Assembly (NCBI GenBank): GCA_031414655.1 | Contig: JANNVZ010000002.1 | Coordinates: 129,687-193,686 of the forward strand | Source: Flavobacteriales bacterium | GTDB lineage: Bacteria > Bacteroidota > Bacteroidia > Flavobacteriales_D > Sanyastnellaceae | Reading direction: 5' to 3' | Length of the DNA: 64,000 bases | Shown: piece by piece, positions 46,746 through 53,919 of the stretch | Numbering within the stretch: the stretch's first letter is position 1 | Layout of the letters: each line of letters opens with the position of its first letter | The notes under the pieces: generated by a model | The model's database searches: none | What the model saw: only the letters and a program-made list of their open reading frames with translations | What the model was told of the DNA's origin: nothing | Translations under genes and position numbers: made by a program

Positions 46746-47807
46746 TTACTTATTGCTCTGCGAAGCATAACTCCTCCACCTCTCTAAGATGGTGGTCATG
46801 TCTTCGGGCAACTCTTTTTCAAACTGCATCCACTCGCCACTAACGGGGTGGATGAAGCCCAGCGAACGCGCGTGCAGTGCCTGCCGTGGCAATATCTGAA
46901 AACAATTGTGAATGAATTGCTTGTACTTGGCGAAGGTGGTTCCTTTCAAAATCTGATCGCCTCCGTATTCAAAATCGCCAAAGAGTGTGTGACCAATGTG
47001 CTTCATGTGCACACGTATTTGATGGGTACGGCCTGTTTCCAGTTTGCATTCTACCAAAGTGACGTAGCCTAATCTTTCTAGCACTTTGTAATGCGTCACC
47101 GCGTGTTTGCCATGGTCACCATCCGGAAAAACAGTGAACACTTTACGGTCACGTATACTGCGGCCTGTGTTGCCAGTAACGGTGCCGTCTTCTTTTACAT
47201 CGCCCCACACAAGGGCCACGTACCTGCGCTCTATGGTGCGCTCAAAAAATTGTTTGGAGAGTTGTGTAAGCGTGCGATCTGTTTTTGCAATGACCATTAC
47301 ACCCGTGGTGTTTTTATCTAATCTATGCACTAAGCCCGGGTGGGTGTCCACTCGCAGGGGCAAGTTTTGAAAGTGATACAACAAACCATTTACCAATGTG
47401 CCGGTGTAGTTGCCATGACCGGGGTGCACCACCATGTTGGCCTGCTTGTTCAGTATCAGCAGTTCTTCGTCTTCGTACAGAATTTCGAGTGGGATGTTCT
47501 CTGGCAGCAACTCCAACTCGCGAATGGGGTAAGGCAATTCAATGGTGATCACATCCAATGGTTTCACCTTGTAGCTGCTCTTCACAGGCTTGCCACCCAC
47601 TTTTACAAAATCGCTGTCGCAGGCATTTTGCAGCCGTGTGCGCGAGGTTTTTTCTAACTTGTCAAAAAGGAATTTGTCTATACGCACCATGCTTTGGCCT
47701 TTGTCCACCACCACGCGATGGTGCTCAAAAAGGTCATCATCGTTGTCTATTACAGGTTCGTTGTCCAATTCTTCTTTCATGGTGCAAGTGTACGCCTCAC
47801 GCGCCAC
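46746..47807 (-). CDS. rluD: RluA-family 23S rRNA pseudouridine synthase (RluD-like)
   Basis: S4-like N-terminus (RIDKFL) and catalytic HRLDKNTTGV, GRTHQIRVH. An alternative ATG lies at 47780. Confidence 0.9.
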   Translation of the reverse strand: MAREAYTCTMKEELDNEPVIDNDDDLFEHHRVVVDKGQSMVRIDKFLFDKLEKTSRTRLQNACDSDFVKVGGKPVKSSYKVKPLDVITIELPYPIRELELLPENIPLEILYEDEELLILNKQANMVVHPGHGNYTGTLVNGLLYHFQNLPLRVDTHPGLVHRLDKNTTGVMVIAKTDRTLTQLSKQFFERTIERRYVALVWGDVKEDGTVTGNTGRSIRDRKVFTVFPDGDHGKHAVTHYKVLERLGYVTLVECKLETGRTHQIRVHMKHIGHTLFGDFEYGGDQILKGTTFAKYKQFIHNCFQILPRQALHARSLGFIHPVSGEWMQFEKELPEDMTTILERWRSYASQSNK

Positions 47808-47899
47808 CCCTGACCCCTACAGGGGAAGTTCGGGAGGGTTTTGTGAGAAGGGTTTCGGGTTTCTTATCACATCCCATCAAAGCTGGCGCTTTTCTCCCT

Positions 47900-47950
47900 G
47901 AACTCGTTTCTGGGTCTCACAATGGTTTTGTGGGATGCCAAAACGAGTTC
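47900..47950. other. Extended hairpin at the left edge of the accessory islet
   Basis: GAACTCGTTT...AAACGAGTTC (perfect 10-bp outer stem) encloses CTCACAA-TGGT-TTGTGGG. It lies 9 nt past the stop of ORF 47959-48819 and has no U-tract on either strand. Confidence 0.4.
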
Positions 47951-47958
47951 GGCATGAC

Positions 47959-48819
47959 TTACTGTTTGATTTTTCCTTTGATGGATGCAATGCTTGCTTG
48001 CGCCATTGCGATTTTTTCTTCTTTACTCAATGCTGCGAGCTTTTCATCCAAAATAATTTCAATGCCAGACTTTATCGTCTCAAAATATTCTAGGCATTCC
48101 TCCTCAGATAAACTGTGAATACCAACACTCAGAATAGAGTACATCGCTCGATTGTCTACGAGAAAACTTGGAAGGTATTTTCCCAAAGCCTCTATTTTTT
48201 CCTCCATACGTAAGCGAGTAAATTTATCTTCCGGTAAACCAATATCGCCCTTATGATTGTCAAAACACTCTCTAATAAGGTGCTCAAATATTCTTCTTAA
48301 ATAAACAAACGATCCGATCCCTACGCCATTTGCTGCAAGGCCTATGGCTCTTGTGAACTCCTTTAATTGTTCTTTGGGCAAGACTTTATTGTATTCCTTT
48401 ACCTGTCCGATATGGATATCGGCAATAGATGGGTATTGACCGACTTTCATTAATGATTTCGTAGCTGTATCGTATCTAATGAAAAAGTGTATTTCGTCCT
48501 CATACCTCCTGCATCTCAAAATGATTCGATCAATACCACCATATTGATGGAAGTGATTGCTTCCATTAGAGACGTTAGCCGCACCCTCAAACGTGGACGT
48601 TTCTTTTCGGACGGAATTGTACCCTTCTATCGTTATTCTACCTCTGCCTCCAGTTTCGACACCGACTGCTAAGAGTCGAATAAAGCTATTATTGTTTTCA
48701 CCATTAATCTCTATGGGGGAATAGAGAGGTAAATCGAAAAAGAAATACTTTAATTCAAAAGCCATGATACTCTTTTCTTGCGAAGATATTGAGAACCCGA
48801 GTAGCAAGCTTCTTCTCAT
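47959..48819 (-). CDS. Hypothetical protein 'ORF A': unknown N-terminal half plus a DUF4145/HEPN-like helical C-terminal half (tentative)
   Basis: The C-terminal half (KEFTRAIGLAANGVGIGSFVYLRRIFEHLIRE...MYSILSVGIHSLSEEE) fits the DUF4145-type pattern and contains an Rx4H word (RRIFEH). The ATG abuts the upstream stop (TAGATG); an alternative ATG lies at 48765. Confidence 0.5.
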   Translation of the reverse strand: MRRSLLLGFSISSQEKSIMAFELKYFFFDLPLYSPIEINGENNNSFIRLLAVGVETGGRGRITIEGYNSVRKETSTFEGAANVSNGSNHFHQYGGIDRIILRCRRYEDEIHFFIRYDTATKSLMKVGQYPSIADIHIGQVKEYNKVLPKEQLKEFTRAIGLAANGVGIGSFVYLRRIFEHLIRECFDNHKGDIGLPEDKFTRLRMEEKIEALGKYLPSFLVDNRAMYSILSVGIHSLSEEECLEYFETIKSGIEIILDEKLAALSKEEKIAMAQASIASIKGKIKQ

Positions 48820-49791
48820 CTACCCCACAACCACCACCCCCACCGTATGCCTCGCCACCCCCAGGTTCTTAGCGCAGAGGTGCGGCTTGAAGGCCGTCCA
48901 GCCCAATAGCGTGGCTGTTGTTTCCACCTTGCTGTTGGGCTGCAGTACAAGGCCCTCGCCCTGCTGCGGGCCTGCGGCTGTGGCGCTGAAGTACACCACT
49001 ACATCGGTAGTAGCTGTTTTGGTATGGGTGCTCAGTTTTAGCTTGGTGTCACCCGTTTTGATGGACGCCCGCAGGCGCAGGCTCTTGGTGGCACCTACGT
49101 TCAACAGCACCTTGTAAGGCTTGCCTGCCGCGCGTCTGCCGCGTTTTTTGTGTATTTTTCTTGCGCTGCGGTAGCGGTCGAAAAGCAGTGTCTCCTTCAC
49201 CTGCAGCACTTTGAAAAGCTGGTCCATGCGCTCGCGCAGAAACACGCGCATATCGGCCATGCCCTGCACCATCTGTGCGCGGTGGCGCTTGGTAGTGGCG
49301 CGTATGTCCAGCGGGGCTTCGCGCAGGTCTTCCCATTTGGCCAGCTTCACCTGCAGCACGTCCACATCACCCGCACTGATGCCGTAAGGTGCCAGCAGGG
49401 CCTTCACCCCATCAGCAGTTTCCCACACCGTGCGGCTGTTTACGGTAAGGTCGGCAGCGCTTTGGCGCGTCACATCGCGCAGGCAGCGCTTCAGGCGGTT
49501 CACCACCTCGCCATCGGGCGCAGTATGGGTGAAGTAATAGATGCAGGCAGCGCCCACCAATGCCACGTCAGTAAGCAGGGCGATGCGCGCTAAGCTCCTG
49601 TCTTGCGCATATCCAGTGATATCTGGCGATGCGTCCACTGCCGATGCCTCTATGGCGGCATACAGAGCGTCAAATGTGAGCCTTTCTCCTGCAAACGCAG
49701 GTAATACTGTCACTAATTGCGCTTCCACATCATCAAAGTAGAGGCGGAGTAAGCCTAACATGCTGTAATAATCGTTTTGTTCGTCTGTCAT
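48820..49791 (-). CDS. Hypothetical protein 'ORF B': GC-rich orphan, helical N-terminal part, basic linker, beta-rich C-terminal part
   Basis: A 323-codon open frame in a clearly GC-rich block (hand counts of 57% and 68% G+C in two 60-nt lines). The amino-acid composition is protein-like and no family is recognised. Confidence 0.55.
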   Translation of the reverse strand: MTDEQNDYYSMLGLLRLYFDDVEAQLVTVLPAFAGERLTFDALYAAIEASAVDASPDITGYAQDRSLARIALLTDVALVGAACIYYFTHTAPDGEVVNRLKRCLRDVTRQSAADLTVNSRTVWETADGVKALLAPYGISAGDVDVLQVKLAKWEDLREAPLDIRATTKRHRAQMVQGMADMRVFLRERMDQLFKVLQVKETLLFDRYRSARKIHKKRGRRAAGKPYKVLLNVGATKSLRLRASIKTGDTKLKLSTHTKTATTDVVVYFSATAAGPQQGEGLVLQPNSKVETTATLLGWTAFKPHLCAKNLGVARHTVGVVVVG

Positions 49792-49826
49792 GGGCTGATG
49801 GTGGGTTGTGACTAGTGTAAGGTTAC

Positions 49827-50258
49827 TTTAATTATTGTTTCCGAAAAACAAATATATGATACCGAATGATACATTATTGTCTACGATGCAATAATTATTG
49901 TATACGCTATAGAAATAATTACTCCCGATGTAATAATAAATGTACACCAAATAATAATTGTAGACCGCATGCTATAAATATCTTGTTGCGTAGTAATAAT
50001 TATTGTCTCCGAATGTAACATTATTACATCCAAATGTTTGGAAGTAAAATTATATGCTTAGGAACAAATAAAGTAATCTTCGGAGGCAATAATGTTTGTT
50101 TCGTGTAAAATAATTATTGAATTTTAATAAAAAGTCTTGCTTCGTAGTGAATAATGTTTTGCTCGGAAGCAATAATTATTCCTTCGGAATAATAATATAT
50201 TTTTTCGGAAGAATAATTGTGTGTGTCGGAGGCAATAATTGTAGTTTACTTCAGCAAG
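49827..50258. repeat. Degenerate tandem array of about 20 units of ~21 bp: palindromic core AATAATTATT plus a YCGRWRG-like word
   Basis: Exact cores at 49890, 49995, 50109 and 50171. Twenty unit starts placed by eye span 407 bp over 19 intervals (~21.4 bp each). A hand-counted line is 27% G+C. No ORF explains the region. Confidence 0.8.
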
Positions 50259-50457
50259 TCATGGATGCTTTTGATGGTATTGCTATGGCCAATCTGCTTC
50301 TCCTGCTGACAGAACAGGAACGCAGTGTGGCGTTTGTGCGGGCGGTATGGCACAATGAGCAATAGGCTCTTGCTTATGGGTGGGGGTGAGTTGGCTAAGG
50401 TTGGTTGACGGTTGTGCGGGAGTGTTGTGGGGTAGTAAGAGAGAGCCTTCTGACGAT

Positions 50458-51087
50458 TTAAGAATATGATTTAAAACCTAATTGGTTTTTCCCGGTTTTG
50501 GCTACCCATACCAATGCAAAGGTCTCATCGCTGCTTCTGTGAGGAAGCCAAATGCCTTCATGCGTTTCAACAAAGAAGGGTGAGTCTTCTACCTCTTCCA
50601 ATAGGTCGTTGGGATTTCCAGGAAGAACATATAAAGAATAGCTGTGCCTACCTATTTTCTTTTTTTTGATTGGAATAAGCCCATGAAGCTGCTGCATCTC
50701 AAATCGAGAACCTTTGGCGATCACTTCTCCTGTTATGATGAAATGTCGTGGAATATCATATAAATCCCAGATGTCTCTTTTTCCATTAGGTGTTGGATAT
50801 TGCTTTCTAAGCTCATGCTCACAAAGGTTCATTACACTAGTAAGAAGCTGCTCTTTCTTTATGTCAGCAATTGTTAGTTCATCCTTAGGTAAGTCATTCG
50901 GTACTTTCTCTAATTTACGAGTTGAAATTGTTGCATATAAAGAGAAATCTGCGTCATGGTAAGCAGCACATAAATCTCCTTTGTACAATTTATTGGCTAG
51001 CCAGTCATCATTGAATTTGCGAAGTTCAATAACCAAGTCAGACACCGACTTTTCTAAGATTGGACCCTTTGCCCACGAGATTTCCAT
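50458..51087 (-). CDS. Hypothetical protein 'ORF C' (209 aa, no recognisable domain)
   Basis: Clean ORF with low G+C, divergent from the DUF2971 gene. No motif recognised. Confidence 0.5.
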   Translation of the reverse strand: MEISWAKGPILEKSVSDLVIELRKFNDDWLANKLYKGDLCAAYHDADFSLYATISTRKLEKVPNDLPKDELTIADIKKEQLLTSVMNLCEHELRKQYPTPNGKRDIWDLYDIPRHFIITGEVIAKGSRFEMQQLHGLIPIKKKKIGRHSYSLYVLPGNPNDLLEEVEDSPFFVETHEGIWLPHRSSDETFALVWVAKTGKNQLGFKSYS

Positions 51088-51191
51088 TCATGCGATTTAT
51101 AGCAAACTTACAATGGATGCTAGAATCCAGAATTAGAGACGAGGAAATCATATTACCTCAACCCTCTACATTTGGCTACCTGACAATTGCC

Positions 51192-52007
51192 ATGAAAAAG
51201 CCATCAAAAATCTTTAAGTACGAGGGGATAAATGATCATAGTCTTCTAAATCTGAAAAGAAGCGGTGTGTACTTCGCATCACCTTCTGAATTTAATGACC
51301 CGTATGATTGTAATTGTGGTTTCAAATTGGAGATTGAACCATCTAAACTCGAAGATTTAAGAAGCGGATCTTTTGCATCTCAAAAAGGCCTGCCGAAGGA
51401 AATCCTGAACGAGTTGCGCCATGCTAGTCCTGATTTTTTTATCAATGCGGCTAAGCAGGCGCTTGAAATAGCAAATGATGATTTTTTAAAAAATGGAGGA
51501 ATTGCCTGCTTTTCGCGAGTCAATCACAACTTGCTGATGTGGTCTCATTACGCCAGTTCCTTCAAGGGCTTTTGTCTCGAATTTGACACCAATTATGAAC
51601 CATTCACAAAGCTTTATCCAGTTATCTATTCTGGAACTCTTCCCACCTTGGACGTATCCAAAATTCTAGTTGGTCAGAATGGTATTGAAACTGAAGCTGG
51701 AGAACATTTAAAACTTTTTCTAACTAAATCCAAAGATTGGCATTATGAGAAGGAGTGGCGGTCAATACACAAAACAAAAGGCACTCTGTTCACATATCCA
51801 CAAGAGGCTTTAAAATCAATATACTTTGGTCCGTTGATCGACCCAGCTTATAGGGAGATAATATGCTTGGTTATTCAAGGACAAAATCGGAATGTGAAGT
51901 TCTTTAAAGGAGATATTTCAAAAACCAGTTTCAAAGTTGAGTTCACCGAGTTCTTGTACACTCCATATATACAAGCAAAGGAGAGTGGGCTATTAGATAA
52001 AAGATGA
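51192..52007 (+). CDS. DUF2971-family protein 'ORF D'
   Basis: IFKYEG...GVYFASPSEFNDPYD, CFSRVNHNLLMWSHYASSFKGFCLEF and KDWHYEKEWR match the DUF2971 hallmark blocks. The ATG at 51192 is preferred over the ORF start at 51060. Confidence 0.65.
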   Translation: MKKPSKIFKYEGINDHSLLNLKRSGVYFASPSEFNDPYDCNCGFKLEIEPSKLEDLRSGSFASQKGLPKEILNELRHASPDFFINAAKQALEIANDDFLKNGGIACFSRVNHNLLMWSHYASSFKGFCLEFDTNYEPFTKLYPVIYSGTLPTLDVSKILVGQNGIETEAGEHLKLFLTKSKDWHYEKEWRSIHKTKGTLFTYPQEALKSIYFGPLIDPAYREIICLVIQGQNRNVKFFKGDISKTSFKVEFTEFLYTPYIQAKESGLLDKR

Positions 52008-52118
52008 CACGTCCCATAATGGCGCTGGCTTCTGCTCCTAGCATTCCCCCCGCCCATAAAAATATTTTCTCAATCATGCGGACTATGCCCCATGTTTGCG
52101 TCACAACCAACAGCAAGT

Positions 52119-53219
52119 ATGAAAATTTTTACAACCGTCTTTTTATCGGGGACTTTGTTCCTCTTTTCGCAAAGCACACAGGCACAAACCCTCGGCAGCA
52201 TTGAGTCCGTAGAGTATGATGCGGTGAATGGCCGCTTCCTTGTAAGCAATGGCAGCAACATCATAGAAGTGGATGGCAACGGCAACGAGGTGGACTACTT
52301 CGGCACCGAACCCGCTGCGGACTACGGCATGGAGGTCATGGGCAACGCGCTTTTCACCATCGTTATTGATGGTTCCAGTAACAACTTCGTAAAGGCCTTC
52401 GACCTTACGAGTGGCGTGGAAGTAGCCAGTCTGGAAATTACCGCTGCACAATTTCTGAACGGTATGGCCACCGATGGCGACCACCGCATCTGGGTCACTG
52501 ATTTTTCTGCCAAGAAGATTTATGAAATAGACTTTACAGAGCTGGCCAATCCGACTTATGTGGAAATAGTGAGCAACACGGTTACTACGCCTAACGGCAT
52601 TTGTTATGATGGCAACAACAGCCGCTTGGTGTTTGCCAACTGGGGTGCCAGTGCCAAAATAAAAGCCATCAGCCTGCCCGACTACACCGTAACAACTCTT
52701 GTTGCCAACGCAGGCGTGGGCAACATTGACGGTATAGACAATGATGACTATGGCAACTTCTACATCTGCTCTTGGCAGCCTGTGCAGATTAAAAAATACA
52801 GCAACGAATTCACACTGGAAGAAGTAATAACGGTGGCCGGCCTCAGCTCGCCAGCCGACTTGTGCTACGCTGAAGAGATAGACACACTTGCTATTCCCAA
52901 TGCTGGCAATAGCACAGTGAAGTTTGTTGGCTTCGCGCCCAGCAAAGTGGAAGTATCCATAGAAAATCCTTTTGCATTTACCTGTAATCCCAATCCGGTG
53001 AGTGACAGAAGTGTGCTCTATTTCACATTAAAAGAAAGTGGAATTACTACCATAGATATTCTGGACCATCAAGGTAAGTTGATACAAACCATCATGGAAG
53101 AAAACCTGCCTGCTGCTCAACATAAATTTGTGATTGGTGAGTTGGATATTGCTCAAGGCAATTACTTTTGGAAAATATCAAATGGAGGTTTTGTTTACAG
53201 TCTTCCATTTGTGAAGTAA
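52119..53219 (+). CDS. Secreted beta-propeller-like protein with a T9SS type A (Por_Secre_tail) sorting domain
   Basis: Signal peptide from the ATG at 52119 (MKIFTTVFLSGTLFLFSQSTQAQ); the C-terminus NPNPVSDRSVLYFTL...IDILDHQGKLIQT...GNYFWKI. Confidence 0.75.
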   Translation: MKIFTTVFLSGTLFLFSQSTQAQTLGSIESVEYDAVNGRFLVSNGSNIIEVDGNGNEVDYFGTEPAADYGMEVMGNALFTIVIDGSSNNFVKAFDLTSGVEVASLEITAAQFLNGMATDGDHRIWVTDFSAKKIYEIDFTELANPTYVEIVSNTVTTPNGICYDGNNSRLVFANWGASAKIKAISLPDYTVTTLVANAGVGNIDGIDNDDYGNFYICSWQPVQIKKYSNEFTLEEVITVAGLSSPADLCYAEEIDTLAIPNAGNSTVKFVGFAPSKVEVSIENPFAFTCNPNPVSDRSVLYFTLKESGITTIDILDHQGKLIQTIMEENLPAAQHKFVIGELDIAQGNYFWKISNGGFVYSLPFVK

Positions 53220-53303
53220 AAGCAACTGCAAGTGCTTTTATGGTTTTTGAGTAGATTGTACGAGCGCCCTCAACCAGCGCCCTGCAAGGAAAAAGGTGAA
53301 ACG

Positions 53304-53340
53304 CAACAGACCACTTTCGCAAGAAGGTGGTTTGTTGTTT
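53304..53340 (+). terminator. Probable rho-independent terminator
   Basis: CAACAGACCAC-(12-nt loop)-GTGGTTTGTTG, an 11-bp stem with one G.U pair, followed by TTTG. Confidence 0.5.
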
Positions 53341-53358
53341 GATAGAGTCTGAATACTT

Positions 53359-53916
53359 TTGAATACGCTTATGAAAAAAATCACCTCCATCTTTTTCGCA
53401 CTCTTCATCTCATTATTCGTTGCCGCACAAGTGACAGAGGATGAGGAATACACTACTGAAACAAAAAAGACTAAAGAGGACAAGGAAAAGAAAGACTTCG
53501 ACATTAGCGAGAAGTTGGTGTATGGAGGTAATGTGGGCCTTGGGTTTGTCGGAAATTCCCGATTTGTTCAGGTAAATCCGATGGTGGGTTACAAAGTAAC
53601 CGACTGGTGGGCGGCAGGTGTTGGCTTCAACTATACCTATCTCGGCAATCAGAGCAATAACTTTTCATATTATGGCCCTACGCTTTGGACACGCGTGAGG
53701 CCGCTTGAAGGATTTTATCTGCATACGGAATACAACTACCTGCACGCGAGTTATTACAATGGTTCTATACCGGTGTGGCTAGTAGGCGGTGGCGTTTACA
53801 GTCAAGGCAATGTGTTGTCCATTGGTTTCTTCCTTTTGTATGATGTGATACAGCATGAACAATCGCCTTATCGTGGTGGCCTGGTTCCACAAGGTGGTTT
53901 GCTTATCGGGTTTTAG
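53359..53916 (+). CDS. Hypothetical secreted protein, small beta-barrel-like
   Basis: Signal peptide (ITSIFFALFISLFVAAQ), a KE-rich linker, then alternating aromatic/Gly beta-strand pattern (GLGFVGNS, AAGVGFNYTY, VWLVGGGVY). Confidence 0.5.
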   Translation: MNTLMKKITSIFFALFISLFVAAQVTEDEEYTTETKKTKEDKEKKDFDISEKLVYGGNVGLGFVGNSRFVQVNPMVGYKVTDWWAAGVGFNYTYLGNQSNNFSYYGPTLWTRVRPLEGFYLHTEYNYLHASYYNGSIPVWLVGGGVYSQGNVLSIGFFLLYDVIQHEQSPYRGGLVPQGGLLIGF

Positions 53917-53919
53917 AAA

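Noticed and set aside
48764-49741. Plus-strand ORFs 48764-49117, 49150-49593 and 49541-49741, and minus-strand ORF 49049-49336, inside the GC-rich block
   Set aside because: GC-rich DNA is poor in stop codons, so long shadow ORFs are expected. They are shorter than the 323-codon ORF B, overlap it, and are Arg/Ala/Gly/His-rich with composition typical of off-frame readings.
49827-50258. Possible CRISPR array
   Set aside because: Units are only ~21 bp in total and have no repeat-spacer alternation: the whole unit is a degenerate repeat. The repeats are not well conserved, and no cas gene is present anywhere in the window.
49792-50258. Type III toxin-antitoxin-like locus (tandem repeat RNA upstream of a toxin gene)
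   Set aside because: The geometry fits: repeats lie upstream of ORF B/ORF A on the same strand. However, known ToxI-type repeats are longer (about 34-45 nt) and nearly identical, whereas these are 21 bp and degenerate. The 10-nt palindrome looks like a DNA site rather than an RNA pseudoknot. I keep this only as a low-probability alternative in the main finding.
50117-50365. 82-aa plus-strand ORF running through the right end of the repeat array
   Set aside because: Its first ~48 codons merely read through 21-nt (7-codon) repeats, giving the periodic peptide ..NNYSFG/IIYFFG/IIVCVG... Other units contain stops in all frames. Only the last 34 codons (from the ATG at 50261) lie in unique sequence, and I mention those as a speculative mini-ORF.
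51060-51191. N-terminal extension of the DUF2971 ORF that overlaps the start of ORF C by 28 nt
   Set aside because: The family-typical N-terminus (M..KIFKYEG) begins at the ATG at 51192. The 44 upstream codons have no counterpart in the DUF2971 pattern and would force a divergent overlap.
47808-52118. Classical genomic island or integrated mobile element
   Set aside because: No integrase, transposase, relaxase, phage structural gene, tRNA/tmRNA target or convincing terminal direct or inverted repeats were found. The weak similarity between 47880-47905 and 52020-52045 (GGCGCT..TTCT.CTCC) is too short to count. I therefore describe it only as an accessory islet.
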